A model generated the notes under the pieces. That model did not search any database, was not told where the DNA came from, and was given only the letters and a program-made list of their open reading frames with translations. The position numbers were made by a program, and so were the translations under genes. Below are positions 9,865 through 19,532 of a DNA stretch of 64,000 nt, piece after piece. Within the stretch, counting starts at the first letter, position 1; each line of letters opens with the position of its first letter. Location: contig CAVUDP010000001.1 in NCBI GenBank assembly GCA_963740315.1, positions 960,001 through 1,024,000 of the forward strand, written 5' to 3'. This stretch comes from an uncultured cyanobacterium. Its GTDB lineage: Bacteria > Cyanobacteriota > Cyanobacteriia > Cyanobacteriales > Nostocaceae.

Positions 9865-12021
9865 TTGATTAAAATAATGCGTTTCTTTAATTCATTTCAT
9901 CGTCATCAAGGTAAAACAATTTGCATTGCTATCGTATTAGCTAGTTTTCTGTTTCAATTTTCCTTTAATTCCAACCAAATTGTTCGTAGCGTATCTCACC
10001 AAATTGATGTCCGATCGAATCAACAATACCCGGCTTTAGGTACTTCTAATGTAGCGATCGGTGGGGGAGGTTATGTAACGGGAATTTATCTTTATCCAAA
10101 AGAGCGCGATTTAGTTTATATAAAAACTGATGTTGGCGGTTTTTATCGCTGGGATGCTAAGAATTCAAACTGGATACCTCTTAACGAACAATTTTCTCTG
10201 GCGAATAGTAATTATTACGGAGGAGAAGCGTTAGCATTTGACCCAAAAGACTCTAAAATTATATATATTGCTGTAGGAAAATATACTGCGGACTGGTGGC
10301 AGGATAAAGGAACGATTTTCAAATCCTTAGATCGGGGAAATACCTGGACTAAGCTAAATCTAGATTTGAAAATGGGTGGCAATGAAGCACAAAGATGGAC
10401 GGGGGAAAGATTAGCGGTTAACCCTTTTGACTCTCGAAATCTGTTTTTTGGCTCGCGTCAAGATGGGTTATGGAAGTCCAATAATGCTGGTAAGAGTTGG
10501 GTAAAAGTAAAATCATTTCCTTCACTCGCAGACAATATTGGTATTAACGCCATTATTTTCGATCGACATCAAAAAGGCACTATTTATGCACTAGCTCATA
10601 AAAATGGAATATATAAATCGACTGACAGGGGTGAAAGTTGGATGAAACTACCGAGAAGTTCTACCGAAGTTAACCGTATGGCTATAGGGAACAAAAATTT
10701 GTACCTAACTCATCAACAGGGTGTTAGTAAGTTTATCAAAGGTACTTGGAAAGATATTACGCCTACAAAGAATAAGACTGCGTTTAATGCAGTTACTATT
10801 AATCCAAAAAATCCAAACGATATTATAGTTGCTACCTATAGCGACACGTTTACCCAGATATTCCATTCTCTTGACGGTGGAAGCAAATGGACTGAGCAAA
10901 AACGTCAATTAAATAATACTGTCTCTTGGTGGTCAGACTATATGAAGTCAAATCCTGCGGTAGCCACCATAGAATTCGATCCTTGGATTGCCAATAGAGT
11001 TTGGTTAACAGATTGGTACGGAATATGGCGTACCGATCGCATCGATCGCAATCCCGTTGTCTGGACAAATTATCAAAAAGGACATGAAGAAGTTGTCACC
11101 TTTACTTTGGTTTCAACACCTTCTGGAGCATTAATCAGCGGTTTAGCAGACGTTGAAGGTTTTTATCACGATCGCGGACTCAATGCTTATCCATCGAAAA
11201 TGTTGAGCAACGAACCTCATACATTTCAAGACACTTACAGCATTGCTTACAGCGAAAAAAATCCTTTAAAAATGGTGCGTGTTGCGGGAAATCGTCACAA
11301 CAATACTTATAGCGGCGCAACTTCTAGCGACGGCGGTAAAACCTGGAAGCAGTTTGCCTCGTTTCCCGCCAATCAAATGGGGACGCGAGTAGCGATGTCT
11401 GCAACTAATCCGAATTTATTCGTTGTCACCCTCAGCGGCGCTCAACCTCAGCGAACAACAGACGGCGGTGCTTCTTGGCTTCCAGTTTCCGGCTTACCAA
11501 ATGGCTTCGAGGGTGCTTGGAATTGGACGCAACCTTTAGTTGCAGACAAAGTTGATGGCAACACGTTTTACTACTATGCTTCGGGAAAAATCTATCGCAG
11601 CACCAACGGCGGCGAATCTTTTAAAGTAGTTTCTGAATCGTTACCTGATGCAGATTGGCACTCTTTAAATGGATCGGGAGTTAAAGGTGAATTATGGCTG
11701 AGTCTGGATCGACAAGGATTATACCATTCAACCGACGGAGGTGAGAATTTTACCAAAATTAAGCAAGTAAATAGAGCATATTTGGTTGCATTAGGCAAGT
11801 CTAAAACCGGAAAAAAGGGTAACGCACTATATCTATATGGAGAAATTGCCAACATCGGTAAAGGTATTTTTCGTTCTTTAAACAGCGGAAAAACTTGGCA
11901 AAGAATAGGCGATCCAAATAAGCCTATTGGTAACGATCCAAATGTTATGGAAGCTAGCTCCACTGAGTTTGGATTAGTTTTTATCGGCACTAACGGTAGA
12001 GGAATTTACTACGGTAAATAA
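9865..12021 (+). CDS. GH74-like (xyloglucanase-type double beta-propeller, BNR repeats) exported glycoside hydrolase
   Basis: GGGGYVTG...TDVGGFYRWD, GERLAVNP, G.EEVV, SGLADVEGFYH, many SxDxGxTW repeats, GTNGRGIYYG end; hydrophobic N-terminus; start may be ATG 9877. Confidence 0.82.
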   Translation: MIKIMRFFNSFHRHQGKTICIAIVLASFLFQFSFNSNQIVRSVSHQIDVRSNQQYPALGTSNVAIGGGGYVTGIYLYPKERDLVYIKTDVGGFYRWDAKNSNWIPLNEQFSLANSNYYGGEALAFDPKDSKIIYIAVGKYTADWWQDKGTIFKSLDRGNTWTKLNLDLKMGGNEAQRWTGERLAVNPFDSRNLFFGSRQDGLWKSNNAGKSWVKVKSFPSLADNIGINAIIFDRHQKGTIYALAHKNGIYKSTDRGESWMKLPRSSTEVNRMAIGNKNLYLTHQQGVSKFIKGTWKDITPTKNKTAFNAVTINPKNPNDIIVATYSDTFTQIFHSLDGGSKWTEQKRQLNNTVSWWSDYMKSNPAVATIEFDPWIANRVWLTDWYGIWRTDRIDRNPVVWTNYQKGHEEVVTFTLVSTPSGALISGLADVEGFYHDRGLNAYPSKMLSNEPHTFQDTYSIAYSEKNPLKMVRVAGNRHNNTYSGATSSDGGKTWKQFASFPANQMGTRVAMSATNPNLFVVTLSGAQPQRTTDGGASWLPVSGLPNGFEGAWNWTQPLVADKVDGNTFYYYASGKIYRSTNGGESFKVVSESLPDADWHSLNGSGVKGELWLSLDRQGLYHSTDGGENFTKIKQVNRAYLVALGKSKTGKKGNALYLYGEIANIGKGIFRSLNSGKTWQRIGDPNKPIGNDPNVMEASSTEFGLVFIGTNGRGIYYGK

Positions 12022-12086
12022 CTATTTATTATTTAATGCAAGTAGAAGTTTTGTCAAAATAATCCCAATAATTAAATAAATTGTAT

Positions 12087-13028
12087 ATGAGTATTACCGT
12101 CAGCATTGTGATACCAGCTTATAACGCCGAGCAGTATTTGGGTGAAACTATTGAATCGGTTTTAGCCCAGACGTTTGATGATTTTGAATTATTAATTATC
12201 GATGATGGTTCAACAGATAATACTGCTGAAATTGTCAGTAATTATAGTCTTAAAGATAATCGAGTCAAATTGATCTCGCAGGAAAATCAAGGAGTATCTA
12301 TTGCTCGCAATACAGGCATTAAAATTGCCAAAGGAGAATATATTGCTTTTTTAGATTCTGATGATAAATGGTTGCCGAATAAATTAGCCGCGCATATAGA
12401 ACATTTTGAAAAAACTCCCGATCTTGGAATTAGCTTTGCACGGGTAGAGTTTATCACTTTTGACGGTAAATCTACTAATTATTTTTCTCGATCGCGCTTA
12501 TCCAAAATTGCACCCAAACATCTATATTACGAAAATATAATAATAACTCCATCTAATGTTGTTATTCGTCGTAATATCTTCGATAATATTGCAGGTTTTG
12601 ATTCAAATCTCAGCGGCACAGAAGATGCTGAGCTATTTTTTAGAATCATATATCAAGGTTGGAAAATAGAAGGAATCGATAAAGTTTTAGTTTGTTACCG
12701 TACCAATCAAGCGGGTATATCTTCAAATCTTTATCGTATGGAAGAAGATTGGAATAAATTCAATCTCAAAATAAAAACCTATGCTCCCGAATTTGTCAAT
12801 CAACATTACAAATACGCCAAGGCTTTTTTCTTGCGTTATTTAGCACGAAAAACTGTACGCAATCAGATATCTCCTCAAGTTGGAATAGATTTTATAACTC
12901 GTGCTTTACGAAGTGATTGGAAAATTATTTTTAAGCAACCTCGAAGAACAATTCTAACCACCATCGCAGTTTGCTATAGATATCTAATCAGTAGTTTTAG
13001 TTCCACTAGAGAATATACACAAGGCTAA
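12087..13028 (+). CDS. Glycosyltransferase family 2
   Basis: SIVIPAYN, DDGSTD, ARNTG, FLDSDD. Confidence 0.93.
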   Translation: MSITVSIVIPAYNAEQYLGETIESVLAQTFDDFELLIIDDGSTDNTAEIVSNYSLKDNRVKLISQENQGVSIARNTGIKIAKGEYIAFLDSDDKWLPNKLAAHIEHFEKTPDLGISFARVEFITFDGKSTNYFSRSRLSKIAPKHLYYENIIITPSNVVIRRNIFDNIAGFDSNLSGTEDAELFFRIIYQGWKIEGIDKVLVCYRTNQAGISSNLYRMEEDWNKFNLKIKTYAPEFVNQHYKYAKAFFLRYLARKTVRNQISPQVGIDFITRALRSDWKIIFKQPRRTILTTIAVCYRYLISSFSSTREYTQG

Positions 13029-13117
13029 TTTTTTAGCAACTTTGAGCAAAAGTGAATCTAAAAAAGTGCGATCGCTATCTAATCATCTCGAAGTTATTAA
13101 CACCATTTTTTTTAATT

Positions 13118-14107
13118 ATGAAAAAACTATCTGTAATTATTCCCGTCTATAATGCCGAAAAATATGTTGCAGCAACAATTAAATCTGTACTGTCGCAAAC
13201 TTATGAAAACTTCGAGATTATCATCGTTGATGATGGTTCTCCCGATGGCAGTATAGGTATTTGCCAACAGTTTAAAGACTCACGAATTAAAATTATCCGT
13301 CAAGCAAATAGGGGACTTCCGGGAGCAAGAAATACAGGTATTCGTCATGCGATCGGTGATTATTTGGCTTTCCTAGATGCAGATGATATCTGGCTACCAG
13401 AAAAGCTAGAGAAACACGTCCACCACCTGAACAATTCACCCACCGTAGGAATCAGCTTTTGCTATTCAGCATTCATTAACGAAAAAGGCAATTATACAGG
13501 ACTTTTTCAAAAGCCTCGCAAGCTTTACGACATTACGCCATCATATATACTTTGTCGCAATCCGGTTGGTAATGGTTCAGTTGCTGTAATTCGACGTGAA
13601 GTTTTTGAAGATATTAAGTATCAAGATAATCTACACGGTACTGTAGAAGACTACTATTTTGATGAGCGCTTGCGTCATGCGAAAGCAGATGCAACAGATA
13701 TTGAATGCTGGTTAAGAACTTCTATTCTGACTCACTGGAGACATGAAGGAATACCAGAAGCCTTAACTTTATATCGAGTAAATTCAGGGGGACTTTCTGC
13801 TAATGCTCTAAATCAGTTAGAAGCTTTAGAAAAGGTAGTAGAAAAGACTCGTTCCTATGCTCCAGATATTATGGATTGCTGCGAAAAGGTAGCAAGGGCT
13901 TACCATTTACGCTATACGGTTCGTCGTTTGGTAAGTTTAGGCGATGGAGTCACAGCTGTGAAGTTATTTAACCAAGTTATTGCGAATCACTGGCGAATTA
14001 TTTTAGAAGAACCCGGTAAGACTGTATTAACGGGCTGTGCAGCTTATGTAGTTTGCGTACTCTATCTTTTAAGATTAGCTATCTCTAAGCCAGCAGTTTC
14101 GACTTGA
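13118..14107 (+). CDS. Glycosyltransferase family 2 (tandem paralog A)
   Basis: SVIIPVYN, DDGSPD, FLDADD, CRNPVGNGS; ATG 13118 aligns with the start of paralog B. Confidence 0.93.
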   Translation: MKKLSVIIPVYNAEKYVAATIKSVLSQTYENFEIIIVDDGSPDGSIGICQQFKDSRIKIIRQANRGLPGARNTGIRHAIGDYLAFLDADDIWLPEKLEKHVHHLNNSPTVGISFCYSAFINEKGNYTGLFQKPRKLYDITPSYILCRNPVGNGSVAVIRREVFEDIKYQDNLHGTVEDYYFDERLRHAKADATDIECWLRTSILTHWRHEGIPEALTLYRVNSGGLSANALNQLEALEKVVEKTRSYAPDIMDCCEKVARAYHLRYTVRRLVSLGDGVTAVKLFNQVIANHWRIILEEPGKTVLTGCAAYVVCVLYLLRLAISKPAVST

Positions 14108-14263
14108 TAAATTTCCATTTGTATATTTTGCACCTTTTCAATAATTTTCTGGTGCAACTAATTTAAAGCAATTGGAAGGATTGTTATATTGTTTATTCCT
14201 TTGGATGCGATCTAATTTAAGTTGTAATTTAATGATCGTTTTTAATGAAATTTAGTACCAAAA

Positions 14264-15241
14264 ATGAAAAAAGTATCTGTAATTATTCCCGTCTACAATG
14301 TTGAAAAATATGTTGCAGCAACAATTAAATCCGTACTGTCGCAAACCTATGAAAACTTCGAGATTATCATCGTTGATGATGGTTCTCCCGATGGCAGTAT
14401 AGGTATTTGCCAACAGTTTAAAGACTCACGAATTAAAATTATTCGTCAAAAAAATACAGGACTTGCTGGAGCAAGAAATACAGGTATTCGCCACGCGATC
14501 GGTGATTATTTGGCTTTTTTAGATGCAGATGATATTTGGCTACCAGAAAAACTTGAGAAACACGTCCACCACTTAAACAATTCACCTACAGTAGGAATCA
14601 GCTTTTGCTATTCTGCATTCATCAATGAACAAGGAAACTTCACAGGGCTTTATCAAAAACCTCGTAAACTTTACGACATCACACCATCATACGTACTTTG
14701 TCGCAATCCGGTTGGTAACGGTTCAGTACCAGTAATTCGACGTGAAGTTTTTCAAGATATCAAGTTTCAAGACAATCTACACGGTACTGTTCAAGACTAC
14801 TATTTCGATGAATGCTTACGTCGAGCTGAAGATATCGAATGCTGGTTACGAATATCAATCAAAACTCACTGGCGACATGAAGGAATTCCCGAAATACTAA
14901 CCCTTTACAGAGTTACTTCCGGTGGACTTTCTGCAAGCGCTCTCAAACAGTTAGAAGCTTTAGAAAAGGTAGTAGAAAAAACTCGTTCCTATGCTCCAGA
15001 TATCATTTGTCACTGTGAAAAGATTGCAAAGGCTTATCATTTACGTTACACAGTTCGTCGTTTAGTCAGCTTGGGTAATGGGTTAACAGCAGTCAAGCTA
15101 TTCAATCAAGTTATTACTAATCACTGGCGCATTCTACTTGAAGAACCAGGTAAGACTTTCATCACTGGTATTGCAGCTTACTTGCTCTTTTTGTTATATC
15201 CTTTTAAAGCTACTTTCCGTAAGTCGGAAGTATCAGCTTGA
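14264..15241 (+). CDS. Glycosyltransferase family 2 (tandem paralog B)
   Basis: Near-identical to 13118-14107 over long stretches. Confidence 0.93.
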   Translation: MKKVSVIIPVYNVEKYVAATIKSVLSQTYENFEIIIVDDGSPDGSIGICQQFKDSRIKIIRQKNTGLAGARNTGIRHAIGDYLAFLDADDIWLPEKLEKHVHHLNNSPTVGISFCYSAFINEQGNFTGLYQKPRKLYDITPSYVLCRNPVGNGSVPVIRREVFQDIKFQDNLHGTVQDYYFDECLRRAEDIECWLRISIKTHWRHEGIPEILTLYRVTSGGLSASALKQLEALEKVVEKTRSYAPDIICHCEKIAKAYHLRYTVRRLVSLGNGLTAVKLFNQVITNHWRILLEEPGKTFITGIAAYLLFLLYPFKATFRKSEVSA

Positions 15242-15299
15242 GTGAAACTGCTTTGTAATTCACCGCAAACTTCTCAACAAAAATCATCAACTTTACAAA

Positions 15300-16394
15300 A
15301 TGAAACTTAACAGCAGATTGGATCGAAGAATTACAACATTTATTGATTCCTTACCCCGTGGGAGAAACTTTACGATCAAAATTGCCCGATCGCTACGTAA
15401 GGAAAGATTAACTTGGGATCCTTGGATTCTTAAAGATGATGATATTTATCGGCTGTATTATTTAGCTGGTGCGAAAGTTATAGATCCTCGCGCCCCTTGG
15501 TGGACAGAAGCCTCAATTTATGGTGCTATTTCTAATGATTTAAAACATTGGCAAGATGTGGGAGCCATACTTGAACCCGATCCAACTAATCCATTGGAAT
15601 CTCAAAGAATGCTTGCTGGTTCTACCTACAAAGAGAATGGTATTTATTACCTGTTCTACTCCGCAGCAGGTAAAAATGATATGTGGAATGAAGAGATTAG
15701 GGTTTCTTTATCTACTGATGCTATCCACTGGGAACGCCAGTCAAATCACGCTCTTTTTGTAAATTTGGATGAGCGCGATCGCTGGTACGGTAAATATAAT
15801 TTCATCGAAAATGGAGAGACAATCGCCCATCGCCATTGGCGCGATCCTTACATAGTCAAGGATGAAGTTACTGGCAATTACTATATGTTTATTTGTGCTG
15901 CTTCAAAAGAATTGGCAGCTACCCAGTTTTGCGGTTGTATTGCTCTAGCAGTAGCTAAAAGCATAGGTGGACCTTACACAATCTTACCTCCTGCTTGTAT
16001 GCCAAAATTCGATCGTACTAGTGAATCAATTTATACAGAAATTGAGCGACCGCAGGTTATTTATCAAAATGGTAAATATCATTTGTTTTTCTCTTGCTGG
16101 CCTCATCGGATAAATCCAAAATGGCTTAAGCAATTTGGTTCCGAAAGAATTACTCAATCTTCGCTATATTGGTATATTGCTGACGAAATTACAGGACCGT
16201 TTAAAGCTGTTAGTGAAAAACCTATTGTGATGGGCAGTGAAAAAACAGGTATGTATGGAACAAACTTTTTTCCATCGCCAAATAATCCTCAAGAATTCAT
16301 TGCTATTGGTTGGTATCACAAATTACTTTCATTAGGAGTTTCACCATCATTGTTTCCTGTTGTATGGAATCATGAATCAGTTGAAATTAAATAA
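15300..16394 (+). CDS. Five-bladed beta-propeller glycoside hydrolase, clan GH-J (GH68/GH32-like)
   Basis: WDPW, AGS, WRDPY and EIERP motifs in the order of the levansucrase/invertase catalytic triad. Confidence 0.75.
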   Translation: MKLNSRLDRRITTFIDSLPRGRNFTIKIARSLRKERLTWDPWILKDDDIYRLYYLAGAKVIDPRAPWWTEASIYGAISNDLKHWQDVGAILEPDPTNPLESQRMLAGSTYKENGIYYLFYSAAGKNDMWNEEIRVSLSTDAIHWERQSNHALFVNLDERDRWYGKYNFIENGETIAHRHWRDPYIVKDEVTGNYYMFICAASKELAATQFCGCIALAVAKSIGGPYTILPPACMPKFDRTSESIYTEIERPQVIYQNGKYHLFFSCWPHRINPKWLKQFGSERITQSSLYWYIADEITGPFKAVSEKPIVMGSEKTGMYGTNFFPSPNNPQEFIAIGWYHKLLSLGVSPSLFPVVWNHESVEIK

Positions 16395-16405
16395 TTTTCT
16401 CTACA

Positions 16406-16495
16406 AAAGCTTACCATCTGCGTTACACAGTTCGTCGCTTGAATAATAGCGATCCAATAACTGCCTTTAAGTTATTCAAGCAAGTGCTTGTACAT
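16406..16495 (+). pseudogene. Remnant of a third GT2 paralog (C-terminal fragment)
   Basis: Translates KAYHLRYTVRRLNNSDPITAFKLFKQV, versus KAYHLRYTVRRLVSLGNGLTAVKLFNQV in paralog B. Confidence 0.8.
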
Positions 16496-16626
16496 TTTAC
16501 TAGAAAAATTCGATAACTAACATCCTGCAAAAAATTATTGAAAAAAACTACCTAATTTATATCATCATGCTCGATGCAGTAAACCCGAACAATTATGTTG
16601 GTTAATTTATATTGAATGAAAACATC

Positions 16627-17481
16627 ATGAATCCAGTTAATTTACTCAATCTAAATATTGATAATATTACTATGTTGGAGCTTTTAGAAAAGCTTCGATT
16701 TGGTGGTGTTGTATTTACTCCAAATGTAGATCATTTAATGAAAATGCAGAAGAATTCTGAATTTTATCTTGCTTATCAAAAAGCTGACTATATAGTTTGC
16801 GATAGTAAATTACTTGTATACGCTTCCAATTTTTTAGGTACTCCTATTCAAGAAAAAATATCTGGTTCTGACTTTTTCCCTGCTTTTTATAATTATTACA
16901 AACACGACGAGCAAATAAAAATATTTTTATTAGGAGGTTTGGGAAAAACGGCAGAAATCGCTCAACATAAAATAAATTCAAAGGTTGGTAGAGATATCAT
17001 TGTGGCAACTTATTCACCTCCCTTTGGGTTTGAAAACGATTGCCAAGAATGTCAAAAAATTGTTGAATTAATTAACCAGACAAAAGCAACTGTTCTCGCT
17101 ATAGGTGTCGGTGCCCCAAAACAAGAATTGTGGCTTTATAAGTTTAAAGATTGATTACAATACGTCAAAATTTTCTTAGCTATCGGTGCAACTATTAACT
17201 TTGAGGCTGGTCATATGAAGCGTGCGCCAAAATGGATGAGCGAAGTTGGTTTAGAATGGTTTCACAGACTTTTATCTGAACCTCAGCGGCTGATAAAAAG
17301 ATATTTACTTGATGATTTACCATTCTTCTGGTTAGTTCTAAAACAGAAATTTAGACTTTATAAAAATCCTTTGTCGCAATTTCGGCAATATCAGATTAAC
17401 ATGAGTTCAAAAAAACTCGATCGCAGTAAGTCTTATATCTTGAACCTTAAAAGTAATTCAGCAAAAAATGATGCAAGATAA
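16627..17481 (+). pseudogene. WecB/TagA/CpsF glycosyltransferase interrupted by one in-frame TGA (17152-17154)
   Basis: FTPNVDH...GVGAPKQE..KFKD*LQYVKIFLAIGATINFEAGHMKRAPKWMSEVGLEW..RL; the frame continues unchanged after the stop. Confidence 0.85.
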
Positions 17482-17663
17482 CTGACGAAACTGATATCGC
17501 CTTTTTTACCCGTTCCCTATATCCTGTTATAACTATTTAATGCCCCATCTAGTTCATCTACTACTTATACGTTTATAGCGAATGCTCGTTAAATCAAATT
17601 AAATTATTTGATTTCTTTAGAGGATATACATGATAATTTATATTAGTTATCAAGGTCTTCAGG

Positions 17664-18362
17664 ATGAGTGCAAATACCAACTTTAGTAGAATATCTTTGA
17701 AAGAAAGATTGCTCACTACTCTTTTTGGAGGTATCCCGAATATTTTTTTCGGGAAAAAGTTGAGAAGCTTAGTTTATCGTAGCCTTTTGAGTGGAATAGG
17801 TCGATCGGTCAACATTCAACATTTTGTCGAGCTGATTGGAACTCCTTGTATTGAAATTGGCGATCGAGTAAGTCTGTTGAAAGGAGTGCAAATAAACGCT
17901 TTAGGACATCCAAATAACAAAGTATATATAAAGGATCGCGTTAGATTAGAGCGGGGTGTTGATATTCGAGCGCTGCACGATACACACATCATTATTGATG
18001 AAGATGCATATATCGGTCCCTATGTCATTATTACTGGTACGGGAGATATTAGAATTGGGAAAAACTGTCTAATTGCACCGCATTGTGGAATATTTGCGAA
18101 CAATCACATTTTTACAGATCCTACCCGAACAATTGAAGAACAAGGGTTAACTCGTAAGGGAATTGTAATTGAAGATGATTGTTGGTTAGGGCATAACGTC
18201 ACGGTATTAGATGGAGTAATTATTGGAAAAGGAAGTATTATCGGTGCAGGTTCTGTAGTTAGCAAGAACATTCCTGCTTTTTCTATAGCAGTAGGAACAC
18301 CTGCAAGAATCATCAAAAACCGTCTCGATAAACAAACGGTAAACTTCTCGTCACAACTATAA
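17664..18362 (+). CDS. Hexapeptide-repeat (left-handed beta-helix) O-acyltransferase
   Basis: IVIEDDCWLG, IGKGSIIGAGSVV, VGTPARIIK. Confidence 0.9.
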   Translation: MSANTNFSRISLKERLLTTLFGGIPNIFFGKKLRSLVYRSLLSGIGRSVNIQHFVELIGTPCIEIGDRVSLLKGVQINALGHPNNKVYIKDRVRLERGVDIRALHDTHIIIDEDAYIGPYVIITGTGDIRIGKNCLIAPHCGIFANNHIFTDPTRTIEEQGLTRKGIVIEDDCWLGHNVTVLDGVIIGKGSIIGAGSVVSKNIPAFSIAVGTPARIIKNRLDKQTVNFSSQL

Positions 18363-18417
18363 TTATCACCGCAAATGCAAACACAAAGCTCTTTTGTGTA
18401 GATGCACCCTCTCAAAA

Positions 18418-18444
18418 TGGATGGCTTAAGGCTATCGCCATCCA
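18418..18444. terminator. Stem-loop between convergent genes
   Basis: TGGATGGC...GCCATCCA. Confidence 0.45.
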
Positions 18445-18452
18445 CCACGGGG

Positions 18453-19532
18453 TTATCTCATAAGTAGGTTTGATAAAAAACGGGAGTAACCGTTCTTTTC
18501 AAACTTCTTACCCATCACTTTCCGATAAACATCTAAGTAACCATCTACCATACTTCTGATGCTGAAGTTCTGCTCGACATGAGCGCGACATTCGCTTCTA
18601 TCTATTTCTCCCAAACGTTGAATAGCATTAACAAAATCATCAACGCTATTGCACAAGAAGCCTGTTTTACCGTTTGCAATTACTTCCGGTACCGAACCCA
18701 TTGGAGTGGCTAATACAGGAGTTCCCGCAGCCATCGATTCTGTCATTACTAGCCCGAAAGGTTCGCGCCAAGTTATCGGAAACAACATCGCGATCGCACC
18801 ACCTAAAAGTTCGTTTTTCTCGAAGTGGTTAGCTTCGCCTAAATATTCTATGTTCTTACCATCAATATGGGGCTTAATTTTGCTTTCAAAATAGTCCACA
18901 TCAACTCTATCGACTTTACCAGCCATCTTTAGAGGTATGCCGGATTTCTGAGCAATTTCGATCGCTATGTGAGTTCCTTTTTCCGGAGAGATCCGCCCTA
19001 AAAATGCTAAATAGGGAGAACTCTGCGATTCGGCATAAAAACGGTGGCTTTCAGTATCGATACCGTTATACACCGTTGCAGCGTAATTTAACTCTTTTAA
19101 AGGTTGGCGTTGAGCATCTGAAATGCTTACATATGGTTGCTCGCGAGCTTCCGAAAAAATCTGCTTTGTGTCTGAATTGAAAGCACCGTGTAGGGTATGT
19201 ACCGTTGGAGTTTCAACAAAACCAGCATGAAAAAGAGAATTATAGCCGACGTGAGAGTGAATTACATCAAAGTTACCAGCTTGCTTATAAACTCGACTTA
19301 ATTGTAAAGCTTCATAGGCAGAATACTCTGTTATAGAAGGTTCTAGACGAAAAGCGCGGGGATAGACAGACTTTAACTTTGCCAAAGTCATTGAGTCTCC
19401 CGAAGCGAACAAAGTCACCTCATGTCCTCGTCGGACTAATTCATCAGTTAACAATCCTACGACCAACTCAACACCGCCATAACCGGGGGGAGGTACTCTC
19501 TCCCACAGTGGTGCAATTTGAGCTATTCGCAT
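18453..19532 (-). CDS. Glycosyltransferase family 4
   Basis: RIAQIAP...PPPGYGG, GRISPEKG, EPFGLVMTESMAAG. Confidence 0.93.
   Translation of the reverse strand: MRIAQIAPLWERVPPPGYGGVELVVGLLTDELVRRGHEVTLFASGDSMTLAKLKSVYPRAFRLEPSITEYSAYEALQLSRVYKQAGNFDVIHSHVGYNSLFHAGFVETPTVHTLHGAFNSDTKQIFSEAREQPYVSISDAQRQPLKELNYAATVYNGIDTESHRFYAESQSSPYLAFLGRISPEKGTHIAIEIAQKSGIPLKMAGKVDRVDVDYFESKIKPHIDGKNIEYLGEANHFEKNELLGGAIAMLFPITWREPFGLVMTESMAAGTPVLATPMGSVPEVIANGKTGFLCNSVDDFVNAIQRLGEIDRSECRAHVEQNFSIRSMVDGYLDVYRKVMGKKFEKNGYSRFLSNLLMR

Noticed and set aside
11592..11990. Antisense or overlapping ORFs in the track (e.g. 11592-11990, 18104-18448, 41691-42041, 48321-48632, 62665-62997)
   Set aside because: Shadow frames of well-supported genes
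17152..17154. Selenocysteine codon
   Set aside because: The position does not correspond to a conserved Cys and no convincing SECIS hairpin follows
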